A stretch of 64,000 bases of DNA from Yuukianura sp. NJ FZ-2021 (Eukaryota): contig CM102289.1 of assembly GCA_046563655.1 (NCBI GenBank), positions 5,208,001-5,272,000 of the forward strand, in the 5' to 3' direction. The notes beneath the pieces were generated by a model, which made no database searches, had not been told where the DNA came from, and saw only the letters and a list, made by a program, of their open reading frames with translations. The translations under genes and the position numbers were made by a program. Positions 1-13,900 of the stretch are shown in pieces; within the stretch, counting starts at the first letter, position 1; each line of letters begins with the position of its first letter.

Positions 1-3000
1 GTCTTTAGAGATTTCTTGAAGGGTCTGCAGGAAAAACAGAATTTGGATTTTGTCAAAATAAAATCAATTGACAAATACCTCTTGCCTTTGTGTCACATTT
101 TCTGAGAATCCGCGACAAGACTGTACCGCAGATGAAAATTTTCTTTTCAAAGTGACATTGTTGACGTCAGAAGGCGACTTTTTGGACGTCACAAACTACA
201 ATAGAGAAATGGAAATGTTTGGACGAAATTGTTTTCTTAGAAAACATTTGTTCCTCTCCATACCTTCTTCAAAAGTACTCTTTTTGTGTAAATATTTCAT
301 TGCCAAAGGTGTAACTTTTATTTGTACTTTTTTCTGTGCAATGTACTTTGTAATGTATCTGCAAAAGGGATGAAACTATTTTTCAAAAGTTTTGCAATTC
401 AAACAACCTTGCACTTTATTTTTCCAATAAACGTCCTACAGCTTGGTGTTTATATAATTGGTATTGATTAGACTGTGTCATCTCTTTCCTACACATTGCA
501 ATTTTGTTTGTGGAAGTTTAAAAAATTTTGCGTCGATATGGTATGGGTATTACTGGCTATGGGACTTTCACCAGAAAAGTTCAAGACCATAAGCCCTCAC
601 AGACAGCACGAACCGCTTCGGTTAGTTAATTTTGAATTTACAAAATTTTTGATTCCCAACGCCCTTACCACAAAAGAGAGAGAGCGGGTTGTCAAGCTCG
701 GTTTGACATTTATGATCCAACTGAAAATTGGAACTCTGCGCGCGCGACCGCTTTCGTCGTTGTCACTGACAGGTCGTGCCTTTAGTTAGGTGAAAGTTAA
801 CATATAGAAGAAGCCCTGGTTTTGGCCAGCGCAGGGATTGCAATTCATGGAGTCATTAAATGGAGATCAATTCAGCCGTCAGAGTTGGCCATAGTCATTT
901 CGGATTATAGCTGAGCTTCACACTTTGTTTCACTTTTGGGAGTGGGGGCGAGGAGCACCTCTCCCCCTTATATTCAACCCCGCCACAAAAGTTTATGACA
1001 CGCTTCAGCATCCGCTTTTTGAAATGAAAGTTTGATGCTTGCAATGCCACGCCCTAGTTTTGCAAACGGCAAGGAATGACACAGTCGAGATTTGACTTTT
1101 GGCGCGTGAGTTTTTGTTGTTGTCGTTCATATTTCTTCCGGTTACATTACAGTTTTTGAAGCCAGGAAACAAGTCGTTGATCACCAACTTCCACTCATCT
1201 TTGACCTCATTTTCAAAACTGGCGGGAATAATATGCTCTAACCCTGGAGTAGGACGGAGGCAGGCGGGAAAATCTCAATTCAAAACTTTTGTGTACAAAA
1301 AATTTTCTCCAACGGCCATGAATTTATTTGAGCTGCTACTCTGTGGTGGCAAACCACTTTTTGAGCGCTGTTTTGCCCAAATGCTTTTAGTTATCTCAGG
1401 TTTTCAGCAGCGTTTTCCTCTTTTTTTCTGCATTTTGAATTTTCTTCAGGAAATTTTGGTGAGTCGATGTTTGTTTTTCTGCTGGATTGTGCGCATGCCC
1501 ATATTTGCATCATATTTGTTTGGGCATATTAATTTGGCACAGGAGGCCTGGTTTCCCTATTTAAAAATCATGAGGTTTGACTTTCACTTTGATTAATTTC
1601 TGGTGGAAGACGGGAGGTTTTATTTTCTGTAGGAATAGAAAGGAGGGTCATTGAAAGTTTAGAACGTGAAGGCACAGAAAGTGGACAAATGAAAAAAAGA
1701 AAGTAAAGCACTTTAGGAAATTAAGTTGATGGGAACAAAAGAGTCGAAAGAAAACGGAGTTCAGGAAATGCTATATCATGATCACCACGTTAAAGAAACG
1801 GAGAAGAGGCTATGGGGGTAACGAGTTTGAGTTTCTCAGAAGGCAGGCCTTACGCATTGCCGTCCATCAATTATGCAAAATTTGGTCCAGAAAAGGCGCG
1901 AGTTGACCTTCGTCAAAACCGTGTCCTTTTTCAAAAGCTCATTGTCAACACTAACCGTTTCTACTCAACAATCAACTTCATTCTAATTCCATTTGAACTT
2001 TGTCTGCTTTCACTTTCCTTTGAGCAAGACATTGAGCGGCATGACAGAACTTCATTAATGTTTCACAAAGTTGCGAAAAATTCATCTTTGCTGATGCCAA
2101 ATTCAAAAGAACAGCGCCATTTCCCACTGAGCTTCAATTTTCCTTTTTACTAAGAAAACGAGTTTCAGAAAAGAGGGAAAGTGCTATTCAAGATGGATAA
2201 TTGGCGTAACTAATTTTATAGTCTGAGCATTCCAGGATATTTCTCAGGAACGACCAAAGGTCATTGCCCTTCTTCAAAAAGCGAATGACGTACATTGCTC
2301 ATACTTGTGAGAAAAAATGGAAATTGGAGTCTGAAGCTTATCGGATAACAAAAGACATGAGGTCATTGACCTTACCGTTCAATGAACTCGTTTTCGCGAG
2401 GTCATCTTCATTTCGAAAGTCATCGTTTGGTGTGGTTCTTGAGTGAGTTGAGATCAACTATGTTTCTTTTGTGGCAGAGTAATTGTGGTGACACTTTATG
2501 TCAGAGTTGCCGTGTTCCGTTTTTCCAAAAACCGAATTCGGATCAATATAAACAGTTTTCCGGAAGGTTAGGAGAAAGTTTCGGGTTGGAGAAAAGATAA
2601 AAACAGGAAGTTTGTCTCAAAGGAAGTTGAATAGTTTGCCACAAAGTTTCTTTTTTGTTGCGTTTTCCTCCAGTGAAGAAGAGGGAGACGAGTGACAAGG
2701 GAGCGCAAGTGACTAGCAGCCGTCGGGTGTCACCTCATGCACGTCAGAAAGAAATTGGAATTTTGTTCGTTTTCTCTTTTTTTCTCTTTTTTGAAAATTT
2801 GGAACAAGGATCCAGAAAGATCCAGTGACTGAGAAGTTGTCAAGTTCCTTCAAATCGGATTGCGTAGTGAAGGAGAGAGAGAGTAAATAAAGTGTGGAGC
2901 TTGAAGTGTCCCTCCATTGTTTTAAAGGCGTTATCTGCTTGGGTGGTCACGGATCTCAATTGAATCTGTTTTCACTGAAAAGCCGAAGAAAAACGAAAAA

Positions 3001-6000
3001 GTCATCGTCCGTATCCTGTCGTTTGTAGAACTCAATTTTCAACTGAAACAAAATCACTTTCAGGTTCTACGTCCACGCGCTCACACATTTTGTATGGAAA
3101 ACAATTTTTGGTTTACAAAATAAAATTTTGTAATCTGTATGCATGCATGCACAAAAGTTTGTCAGATGGCGGGCGGGCGGTCGCGGTTTAATTCAAATTC
3201 AAAACTCACTCAAAATGGCAGAGACGTAACCTTCACCGCCTGGGCAGAGCCTGATAACAAAAATGTTTTTCAAGCTCAAAAGACCTTGTTCTTTTTTAAA
3301 AATGTACAAAAAAGTATAAAAACAAAATTTACAAAATTTCAATTCCACTTTTTACTCTTCATCTCCCGGATTCCTTTTTACAAGTTCGGAGATTGCATCA
3401 TCTCTTTTTTCCGGAAATTTTTTGAAAACAAGATTGCAAAATTGTTGGAGAATTTTTTGAGACCATAAAAAGAGAAACAGAGGTTGGTTGAGTTCATGGA
3501 AGGCGTGTTTATAGTCGAGACATGAGTTTTATGTATTCCTTTTACAGCTGGGAACTGGGAGCGAAAGTAGATGGAAGTGAAAGTCTCTGGGTAATAACAG
3601 GCTGATTACAAATTCCGTCATGTCATGAATAAAATATATTTACAAAAGGTTCGGATTTTATTAGTGGTTGTAACAGGCAACTCAATTGCATGTGCACAAT
3701 TTTGTAGTCAATTAACAACACAACAACAATTCACTTCAGTTTTTCAGAAAATTTAACCGCTTTAGCCGGTAAGATTTTATGGTCGGTGCATTTTGTAGTA
3801 CAATCCTGGTTTTAACCTAACCTACCATAATAACTTCCAAACTCAGATTGTAAACTTTTTAGATTTAGAGTTTTTTTTTGTGTTTTTGTTCATTTGCTAT
3901 AGTTTTTGTAAACAAAAAATAAATTTTTTTTAGATTGGATCTGGAACACACATTGTAGAACACGAGAACAACTTTCGTTCAGAAATACTTTTGGAAGGGA
4001 AAGGAAACTTGATTAAACAAATCGTCATGTTTTGTTTCGACTTTCTTTTTTGAATGTGCCGCTCGTTTCAAAAAGTTAACATGAACAGAGTGAGCGAGAG
4101 GCTTTTAATTATTCTTGTTAAGTGGATTTAATTCCCCAATCAGGCTTCAACTCCCCCAAATTTCGTTTTTCCTAGAATTCAATTTACAAATTAGCCCATC
4201 CATGGACTACTCCACTTTCCCCTGATCTGAAAGTGAAAGTGGAAGCGAAAGTTCGAAAACAATAGACGCGCCAAAATAAATAGACCTATTCAGAGGTAGT
4301 AGTCAAAGCATGACTGGAATTCCAGGTCAAAGTTCATTTGTTCTTTAGATCTGAATAAAGCGAAGCCAGTTAATCAAGTTATTCCTACTTTTGAATCGAT
4401 AGAGAAACTCAATTTTCAAAAAAAAGTTTCTGGACTAAAAAGTGCTGAAGACGTCAATTCTCTTCTTGGCTGACTAAAAAACTTGAATCTTTTTGTAAAA
4501 AGAAATTCTAGTCACACGTTGGAAGTAGTAGTGGTTTCAAGCCGTTTATTTCCAAAGTTTGAACTTTGAAGGTTTCTGCGTAGTCAGATTTGGGCAGAAT
4601 GGCTTTTCATAAATGGTCATAAAAGTGGAAATGTGATTTAGAGGGCAGAAGTCCGTGAAGGAGGGAAATTGCTGACCTCTGGAGACTAGGGGCAGAATTA
4701 GAATAAAATGAACATGAGAAACTCTTTTTCTGCCTCACTGCCACCAAATTTCAAAATTTCAAAATTTGAAAAAAGGAACGACGGAGATCCATAAAAATCC
4801 TCATGCGTCACTAGATCATCCTGCTCCAAGCTTGTGCTGCTGAACTGAAACAAAATGTTAACTTCATTTTGTTTCTTGTCTAGCCTTTGCGGTAAGCGTT
4901 TCTGGAAACTCACTTTCCATGGTTCACAAAATTTCAGAAATTTCCGCAAATCAATTTATGTCAATCGACCTTAACGTAGTTTGAAAATGTTGAAGGGTTG
5001 AGTGTTTGGCTTTTGACATAAAATTGCTGATGACTTTGCAAAATTTGACTGAAACTGGAACATAAACCTGGTTTTATTGCTCACAACCTTTCAAGGTGCG
5101 CAGTATACAAAGGTTCATAAGTCATAACAAGGAATTCGCGCAGAAAAATTTCGCGCTGCCAAATTCATTTTTTTGGTAGCTTAGTTAAAATACAGAATTA
5201 AGTTTTTGACGAAAATAGAGCCTGACTTAAAAGTTACTTTAAACACGGTTTGCTTGAAACAAATTGTTTGTGACGAGCCGTCCTTGACATTTAATTAAAG
5301 TGAACGATAAGTCTAGAGCAGGACAAAGTGCATAATCAATTTGGAAATGCTCTTTCTTGTTCCTCCCAGAAAAAGAGTAAACGGTTGTAGTTACTCCCTC
5401 CAAAACATGAAAGTTGTTGTTTGCCCGTTGAGGTACACTTGAGCCTGGGCGGGCATAAATTATGGCCCGGGAGAATTCAAACTGGAAAGTTGGTCGGTTG
5501 TTGGTCCAATCCTTTGTCATTTGTCGTCGAGCCCTCCAGGAAGGATCCTCCAAGTACCCACCCCTTGTAGCATCACGTTCTGTGCCTCGTTGGATATCCA
5601 TAAAATTTGTATGCACAACGGACAATACAGGCTCACTCCACCAGGAGCAAAACTAGCGTCATCATCATTCCCCCTCAAGTGGCACCACTGCTTCGTTGGT
5701 GGTACTGCTGCTCGCTTTTGGGTGGGTTCGAGAGCACGGGCCCGCCGTGAGAAAATTTCAGCCATGCTAAGAGCACAAATTTTGAATTCTGGCGCCAGTT
5801 GGGCACTCAGTCTCTTCCAGCTTGTACTTTCACTTTCAAGTTCCCAAATCCATTTCCCAAAGTTGTACAAGCAGGAGACTTGGTTCAAGGGGAACTGACG
5901 TTAGAACGACAGCGGCGCACAACTGACTGATTTTTTAAAAGTTGTGCGCCGACACTTTTGAACTTCCTTTTTGAACCTAACCAAAAAAGGAGAAACAGAC

Positions 6001-9000
6001 GGAGAGTGAAGAAAGGAAGTAATTATGGACTTTGCCTTTGCGAAGAAAACTCCCATAAATTTTCACTTTGAAATTTCACATGTCTTTCTGGCGGGAGAGA
6101 GCAGGAGGGAGGCAGGGGAGAGGGGGAAACCTGACCTCATTTTTAAGTGCGCCGTAGATCCCGCCATTTATCACCCAATTGGACTCAGCCCAGAGCGTTC
6201 TGGCGCCTCACTTTCAAATTTTTTAAGCACACAGGCCATGAACTTTCTAAATTTTGGAAGTGAAAGTAGGTGAAAGTGTGAAGTGCTCTTTACCTGAGCT
6301 TAGCACTAACTCAAGTACTTTGAAAGGAAAAAAAAACAGCAACATAATGAAGGCGAAGGTGCTAATGGATATTTTGAAAAAGGACAAAAGAAAAGGTGGT
6401 GTGAAACGTCCGTAATGCAATCAATTTTTGCCTGTTCGTTTTTGTTTATCGACTTTTTTAAGAAGATGTTGGTGAAAAATTTGTCAGTTTTTATATGAAT
6501 TGCAATCAATTTTTTTGTACAACAAAAACTTTTCTCGATTTTCTACATCAAAACACAAAAGGTTCTCTCATGTGTCGATCGTCATATCTAATTTTTTACA
6601 TATATGACGAAGTTTATTTTTCAGATTTTTTTTCCTTGAAGACTTTTTAATGAGGATTTGAATGGCGGGAGTTTGGGAAAAAACGTAACAAATCAGGCAC
6701 AAAAAAGAAGGCAGTAACTATATGTGCCATAGTGGTGGCTCAGGTGCAAGTTTTGTCTTAAAGTTCCATTTTCTTGCTCTTCTCTTAACGTCCTACAACT
6801 TTTTTTTCTCGTTCTTAGTGCAAAGCCATTTTCAGAGAAAGCTCGACAGGAGAAAGCTTTTCTAATGTATTCCTCACTTGCTCCACTTTCTTCCGCGCAC
6901 AACTTTTTCCAAGTTTTCATATTTTCAAAAATAAAGTTGTAGCTGGTTTTCCGCGCCATTTTTTGCAATTTTGAGCCCTCATATCCACAAAAGTTTCCAC
7001 ACATCCTCCCACCTACGACGTCGTCCTCTGCTTTTACACAAAGCGTAGACAACTGCTAATGCGTTTGTGTTTTTCTATAGTCAGTTTCTTTTTATCAAAA
7101 ACTTTTTTTTCAAGTTTTGCGCCCTCGTTTTGTATTTTTTTAGGCTTTAGGTTACGTTAACGTTATACCGCCACAGGAGAAAAACTCAAATTCAATGTGG
7201 TATTAACGAGCAGTGGGAAAAGCTTTGTTCTTTCTTCTTCTCCTTTACGATTTCTTAACGACTTGAGGTTTTCCCAAAAAGAAAAAAGTTTCAAAAATTT
7301 CAAAGTTTGCCGCCTACTTTCGATACTAACAAATATGGTGATTCAATTCTTCCAAAAATGGCGGAAAACCCGAAAACACTATGTTTTCTTTCACCACAGC
7401 CTATAGTTTTTATGTTGGTTGAACATCGTTAGGCTATAGTTATCTTAAGCCAAGGGTTAACGAATGTTGACAACGGTTTCGGCTCAAAATGGGTAGTAAA
7501 AGCTTGTGCGAATTGTTTTTTTTTCTGTTGCGGAGGTACCACACATTTGGCTTGGTTCGAAGGAAGAATTGTGCCACCTTCTCCTCCCTTTCCATGTCGG
7601 CCATTTGCCCAACTTTAATTTGAACTTTGCCACAAGAAGTTATTAGAGGGCTGGGAATTACCTAACTTGCTTTTCCTTTTAAGTTGAACCTCCGAAACCA
7701 GCGTCTTAGAACCCTCTTACACAAGATTAGAGCTCAGCAGAACTCTAATAGTCTTACTCAGAACTGGGCATTAACAAACACAAAACAACTACACACACAT
7801 ACAACGACGTCATTCCCAACACTTTTACGATCTCCGAGTACCAATGGCGCAGCCTAACGCAACTTTTCCAATTCTGACTTCAACCTAACCAAAATTAACG
7901 CAAATTTAGCAAAACTTAGCGAACTTTTTATAGCCGGTCTATTTCGGATTGAGCTATACGTTTGGCTGTAGTGTGTATTCGCGAATTAGTGCGGTCCGTT
8001 CTGAGCAAAGGCTACGATAGGCGGGAAATGTACGTGGGTCTGGTAGACGCTTAAATAAGCGTGGTGATCGTCGTGGCCTGTGTTTGCTCAGTTGCACCTC
8101 AAGGCTGCTCAAGTGGAGAAAGATTAGATCATGGACATCATCATCCGCTGGTGGCCACTTTCGAGAGAAAGCAGCAGGAGTTTGGACTGACCACTACAAG
8201 CTCCCTGCTGCCCCGTCAGATTCTGTTTGTTTAAACGAAGCAGAAACAGAAGCAAATACCCAACTGCTCACAAAACAAGATCCAAGCGGTGATACGTCAA
8301 ACAACTTTAGCCAACCACTCAATATCCAAGCCCCACTTTTCTCTAACCCTACCGTCCACTGATGCACAAGTGGCAGAAAGTACTCAAACTCTCTCCATCT
8401 CCGCATTAGATCTCTTGATCAGTTAGGTTTCAACCTAAAGATAGCCTAACCTAAACAGGTTAGCCTAAAGCGGATTGGCCTAAGCTAGGTTTTAAGACTA
8501 ACAACTCAAGGGCAAATAGAAACGCGAAGGTTGATAACCCCGAAACTGCTTTTTATTGATTGCTATTGTAGGCGTTATAATTGTTGATTGCCTTACACCA
8601 TTTTCTGATAACTTTAGACCATAATTAACTTGTGGCCTTTGCCAATTTAGGTTTGTACCACTAACCTGAAAAATTTCTGGAAGTTAATGGACTTGAGATT
8701 TTAGGTTATGTTGGCCTAACTACCAGGATTAGGTTAGTATTGATTGAGTGCGGCAATCAAAGTCTTATTGACATGATTTCCCTCTTTGCTCCGTCAGCAG
8801 TGTACAGTCTATTTCAAGTCGAAACGTAAAACTTTTAGTACAGTCGTAAGAGTCATAAACAGCGAATCGTGTTTGCGAATATACACGGTGGGAAAGTTAG
8901 AGAAAGTTTTTGCGTGCCTGTAATGAAGGTGCAAGAAACCATTAGTCTTCTGTCCACTTTCTCTTTTCTGGGTTTCTTTCCAAAAATTTAGGAGAAACCG

Positions 9001-9512
9001 CCTCGTAGATTAGAAGCCCAAAATGAAAGTTTGGGAAAAACAACAAGGTTTTTGGTAGGTTTCAAGTAAAACCTATAATCCCATACCTTCTTACCCTGTC
9101 ACTCCCCATGTCATTTTAGGATCCATTTGTATTCCAAAAACAACGTTATTGTTCTCCATTGTTCCGAACATGGTTTCAAATGTCACCGACTTAAACCGGG
9201 AATCATAATTCAAAATTACGTCATGCTCCACTTCCTTGCAAAATTTTGTGCAAATTTGTCAAGTACATATTTTTGGAAAACAAGAACAACGACCCTTGCT
9301 CCTTTTCTTTTCCATAAATGCGACGGGGATTATTTTGAGAAATCCTAAAATCCATAAATTAAAAAGTTGACACTCGAAATTCTGAAAGTTGTTTTCAAAA
9401 TATTGTGCGGGAAATTGATCCATTTCAAAATTGAAGATTGTTTAGGATTGACCCTAAGCAATCTTGAGCTTTCTCTTTGGCAATTTCACTTCCTAGCAGT
9501 AGTACTTGAAGC

Positions 9513-9760
9513 GGTAGCACGCCATTGTATCAATTGAATTGTATCAACTGCCATTGCATCAACTGAATTGTGTCAATTTGAATTGTATCAACTGGCCAAT
9601 TGTATCAACGAGTGTGATGCTTAATTTAGCTTAGGTTAGGTTACGTTGGTTGATACAAGTAGCCGTTGACACAATTGAGCGTTGATACAATTCAAATTGA
9701 CACAATTCAGTTGATGCAATGGCAGTTGATACAATTCAATTGACACAATGGCATGGAACC
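9513..9760. mobile_element. Non-autonomous foldback MITE, Mutator(MULE)-like, 9-bp TSD
   Basis: ACTTGAAGC flanks both ends (9504-9512 and 9761-9769). The ~80-bp terminal inverted arms (GGTAGCACGCCATTGTATCAATTG... / ...CAATTGACACAATGGCATGGAACC) are built of TGTATCAA-like units. The centre contains TTAGGTTAGG. No ORF. Confidence 0.9.
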
Positions 9761-10585
9761 ACTTGAAGCAGTAATTATAGACATAGAGTTGTATGGGAGT
9801 AATTAAAGTGTTTGTGTTGTCTAATTATAATTAAACAGGTATTTTCAAAATGTACCCAATTTTGTCCTCCCAGTCTCACTAACAGTTTGGTTTCGAACGC
9901 AATGAAATGTCAAATTCTTTAACCCGCCTCCTAACATTTTACTTTGTGTAGCAGTATGATTTTAATGTAAGACGTAATTACAGTTTTCAATAATCAATGA
10001 AGGGAAGTAACTGTAACAAAGGCGTGCAGAACCGTCGAGTACCAAACGAGTAATTTTCTCCGTCAATTGCTCCGAGCAATTTCAAATTGAAATTGGCCAT
10101 TTCTGAAGCTACCAATCAACTCTCTTGAAATACAACAAATTGTCAATTCCCTCCTCGTTCTCTCCCTTCTGCTCCAATTGAATTCAAAGTGAAAGTTTTC
10201 AATTATCGATTGATTGTCCACGGAGAGTGATCTCCTTCCGGAGAGAAGTTGGGAGAGTTGTCCAAGACCAAACTGCGGAGTTTCCTAAGATTCCAAGGAA
10301 AGTGGGACACAGGAAATACAAGAAACTTTTAGAGGTTCTTGTTAGATTGGAATTGCAGAGGGACGAGGGAGTGCTTTCTCTAACTTTCCAATTCGTCTGA
10401 AACGCTTTCTCTCGCATACATTTTCATTTTGCGAGTGGACTTGGTTTTCCCATTTGGAGGAAGTGAAAGTCCAGTGTCACCATGTCCAACTTTCTCTTTT
10501 CGGCGTGCATCATGCGGACAAAGAGTCTTGGTCATTGAGCCAAACTAAAGTTATTTGGTTTCCTTCGAGAGCTTTTACTTATTCT

Positions 10586-10966
10586 TGAAGTGGTGGTGGG
10601 GGAGGGGTAAGACAGGGGTGGGTATAGTACAAGTGGCGGGGTTGGGCGGAGGGGTGGGGTGATGCAGGACAAAAGTATTTAGCAGCAAAACATAAAAGCT
10701 TGTGGGTAGTAATGTATAGGGGGAGTTTGTGACGATACGTCCTGGGCAGTGGGTGGGGAGTCTGCAAAAGGAAATCCCCGGATATGGTGGGGAGGGAATG
10801 GGGACATGGAGGGGTAATGAAAAAATACTCGGGCGAAATGTATAACGAGTCTCCAGGACAGTGGGTGGGGAGGATTCCCCAGAGGGGTAGTGGACATTGG
10901 GTGGGGATATAAGAAAGAAGTGGTGGACAGTGGATGGGGACAAGTAGGGGCGGTGGTGTGGGTGGA
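10586..10966 (+). repeat. G-rich low-complexity tract with many G3-G5 runs
   Basis: Abrupt switch from AT-rich background to strand-biased GGGG/GGTGG runs. The Pro/His-rich minus-strand ORFs here are a by-product of the composition. Confidence 0.6.
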
Positions 10967-13900
10967 AGCTCATGATTAGAAGAACGATTGGAATTGAAGC
11001 GAGAGGAGGGAGGGTGGAAGGATTGATGGGCTGAAGAGCCTCATTTTATATCCAAGGGAATAATGGAAGATAGATTGGACTTTCTCCTTGGCTCCAGTCT
11101 CTTTCCAGTCCTTCTGAATCTCTCCCTGAGACAGAGTAATTCATTTTCCCAAATCCTGATGATAGGCTAAACTGAATCCAATGCTTTCTCTTCCCAACAC
11201 TTTCTTCCTAATGCTCCCACATTACTTCCTTCCTAGAGAAAACTTATTGAAAGGAGCCTTAAGCCCCTGTTGGACAACTGGACAAAAAGTGGAATGAAAA
11301 CAAGATTAGAGGTAATAGGGATAAGGAGGAGAGAAGGAAGAGACTGTCAAACGATAAAACAATTCTTCCCGCCAAAATCCAATTCAAACAATTCTCAACT
11401 TTTTTTTGTTCAGAAATCCTTTTACGAAAACCTCTTTAAAATACTTTGTTTGCTGATTCCGTACTTTCAGAAAACAAAGTTTAGAGTTCTAAAAAATGTT
11501 GTTTAACAACACACTGCGACGAGCAATGTTGTTTAAAAAGTCAAATTCTAAGCCCGGGATTTTCGAAACGACTCCATGAGGGGTAATTGTGTGTTAATAA
11601 AATTTTGTTTTCTTTTTGTAAAATAGGAAGCTTGGCACCCAATCTGCCATAGTAAATTCGCCGGCACTAGCTTTTCCTACGAATTTGAATTTTAATTTGA
11701 CCAAAACGCGCCAAATTCGGTGACAGTTAATTACTAGTCTCATCAATCTCATTAGATTTGTTAGGTTAGACTAAAAGTGCAAAGTTTTCGCGCTCTTTTA
11801 AACAAATTTAGTCACTTTCGCAACTTAGAAACGGAGCCCCTCCTGACAAAAACTAAAGGAGACTATAATTAAGTCATTACTCTTCGAGAGTGTTAAATTG
11901 GTTGAGCAGAGAGCATAAAACTAAAAATGTTTTTCAAAGAGCGCGCACATTCAGTTTCAAATTGGTTCGAATTTTTCAGCCGTCGTCCGCGTAAAAAAAT
12001 CCTTGTTGAGATGTAATCTTTGTAATTTTGGGTTAGGTGCCTTGGGTTGGAACTTTCTCCTCGCCAGGGAGAGAGTCTTTAACTACGTTGAATATTTATT
12101 GTGCCAATAATCCTCAGTCCCACTCGCCCTTATCTTCCAGTCCTAAAATAAAGTGTTAGCGAAAACGGCTCCTCATAAATAGTCCAAGTGAAGTTCCGCC
12201 TTTTGTTTTACTCCGCCAATTTATTATTCACAACTTTCACCAGAGGGAAAGCGCACTTTCTCCTTCCCACACCCCTCTGCTCAAATCTGAACTGACTTCC
12301 AGTTTCAGTTTTCTGAAACTTTAGAGCTTAGCCGGTAGTCTCGTGTGACAAAGTCGTTAGTGTTCTGCGTTTCAAATCATCAACGCCTCCTCGCTTTCTC
12401 TCCGCCAGTGTTCGTGAGATAACTAATAAAGAGGAAGAATTCAAAATTTGAAATTTCTAGGAACTGGAATACTACAAGAGAGAAATATCATTTCCACTTG
12501 GCATAAGCATAAACAAGAAATAATTGGGATGATGCTCTACGATTTGCATCTATTTTGGGGCGGGAGGAAATGAGAGAAATCTAGACTATAATCAGTTGCT
12601 GAATTGACTAACATTAATTTAACAAAACGGGAGAAATTCTCAAATAACAACTCAGTTTACAACGGTACTCTCAACTTTTGAACAAGGAAAACAAGCGACT
12701 TTGAGTTTCGCGCCAGTTCAAAGTTTCAAAATTCAAAGCACCGTAGGCCCCGAGTTCTCCGTTTTGGATGGAAGAACAGGAAACTTTTGTAGGTCAATCT
12801 TCTGCTAAAATAAACAATTTATTCGTTTGAAGCTCAACTGAAGCAGATATTTCCAGATTTGATGAGCACAACAAAATTGTATAAACTGAATCTGCTAAAA
12901 GCGAATCTGTCATGAACTTTTACTACTCTGGTTTTAAAAATGATACAAATTCGTTTTCGAGAAGTTTTTTCTGACAGATTTCAATCTTAGTGATTTGTCA
13001 GCTCTATCTATGCCGAATCCTAAACTATATTTGTCTCTTTCGATTTTTTTTTCAAAAAGTCTTTCAGATTTTGGTTTGTAATTGGTGTCAACATGGCAAG
13101 TTTTGGTGAAAATGTTCTTTGTAAGCATTTTACTACTTCGCTATACCGAATCCATAACTTTCTTGGCTTTGGATTATTTGAAGCACAGCGATTTTGTTAG
13201 GGCTGTAAAGTCAGCGAAACCGAAGGAAACGGGGAGGGGAACTTGTGCTGTAAATATCTCGGTCTCATCGATTTGCTCTTTCGCGGTTTTTGTGTTGTGG
13301 GAAAAAGTGAGTTTTGGCAGTGAAAGTCTTCCATGGGAAAGCTTGGATCATCAAGCTCAACGCCAGATTCCCCTCCTTGGCCGGGTTGGGAACAATAACT
13401 TTAAATGTGCTTCCGGACTTGGGCTATAAATTGTGGTCGTAGAGTTCATGTGAAAAACAAAAGGACATCGGTGGTGGGTGAACTGGACGTGGACCACAGC
13501 GGGAGATTTCAAAAAATGGACTGGCGGGAGTAATGGCAGAGAGAACTACATTTTCAAAATGGTTTAGGTCCGGTCGTCCTCTCAGTTCCAACTTGTGAAC
13601 AATTCATTGATTCAATCCCACAAAAAGATTTACAGTTTACTACTTCATCCAATCAGTTGACAACACAAAGAACCAACCAATTTTTGCAAAAACAGTTTTT
13701 CTGTGTCATTTGGTCCAAGAACTGACATTTTGCAAATTGGCAAGAAAAGAATAACTTTTGTTCACAAGATTTATTGCCAAACGGAATTTGAATTTAAATT
13801 TGTAGAAAAAAATTGCGGACTATGGAGGAGCATTCATGTCACGAATTTTTCAGTTGGCAATTTTTTGAAAATCTCTTGAGCATTTTTCCATTTTTGAATT

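Noticed and set aside
5462..5730. GC-richer segment ending in a GTGGGT donor-like site as the dpr signal-peptide exon
   Set aside because: The ATG-containing frame ends in phase 0 and is not hydrophobic. The phase-1 frame and the hydrophobic (SLVVLLLAFG) frame have upstream stops and no ATG.
7690..8460. Possible LTR end plus primer-binding site (TACCA-A-TGGCGCAGCC at ~7840) and ORFs at 8084-8406
   Set aside because: No second LTR, TSD or gag/pol motif; the ORFs resemble nothing I recognise.
8420..8740. Scattered TTAGG/CCTAA motifs as interstitial telomere
   Set aside because: Never more than 2-3 consecutive units, and similar motifs are dispersed throughout the window.
9520..9750. Regularly spaced short repeats resembling a CRISPR array
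   Set aside because: Eukaryotic context, inverted arrangement with a TSD, no unique spacers and no cas genes; it is a MITE.
10575..10973. Pro/His-rich minus-strand ORFs
   Set aside because: Explained by the G-rich low-complexity composition; no splice or domain support.
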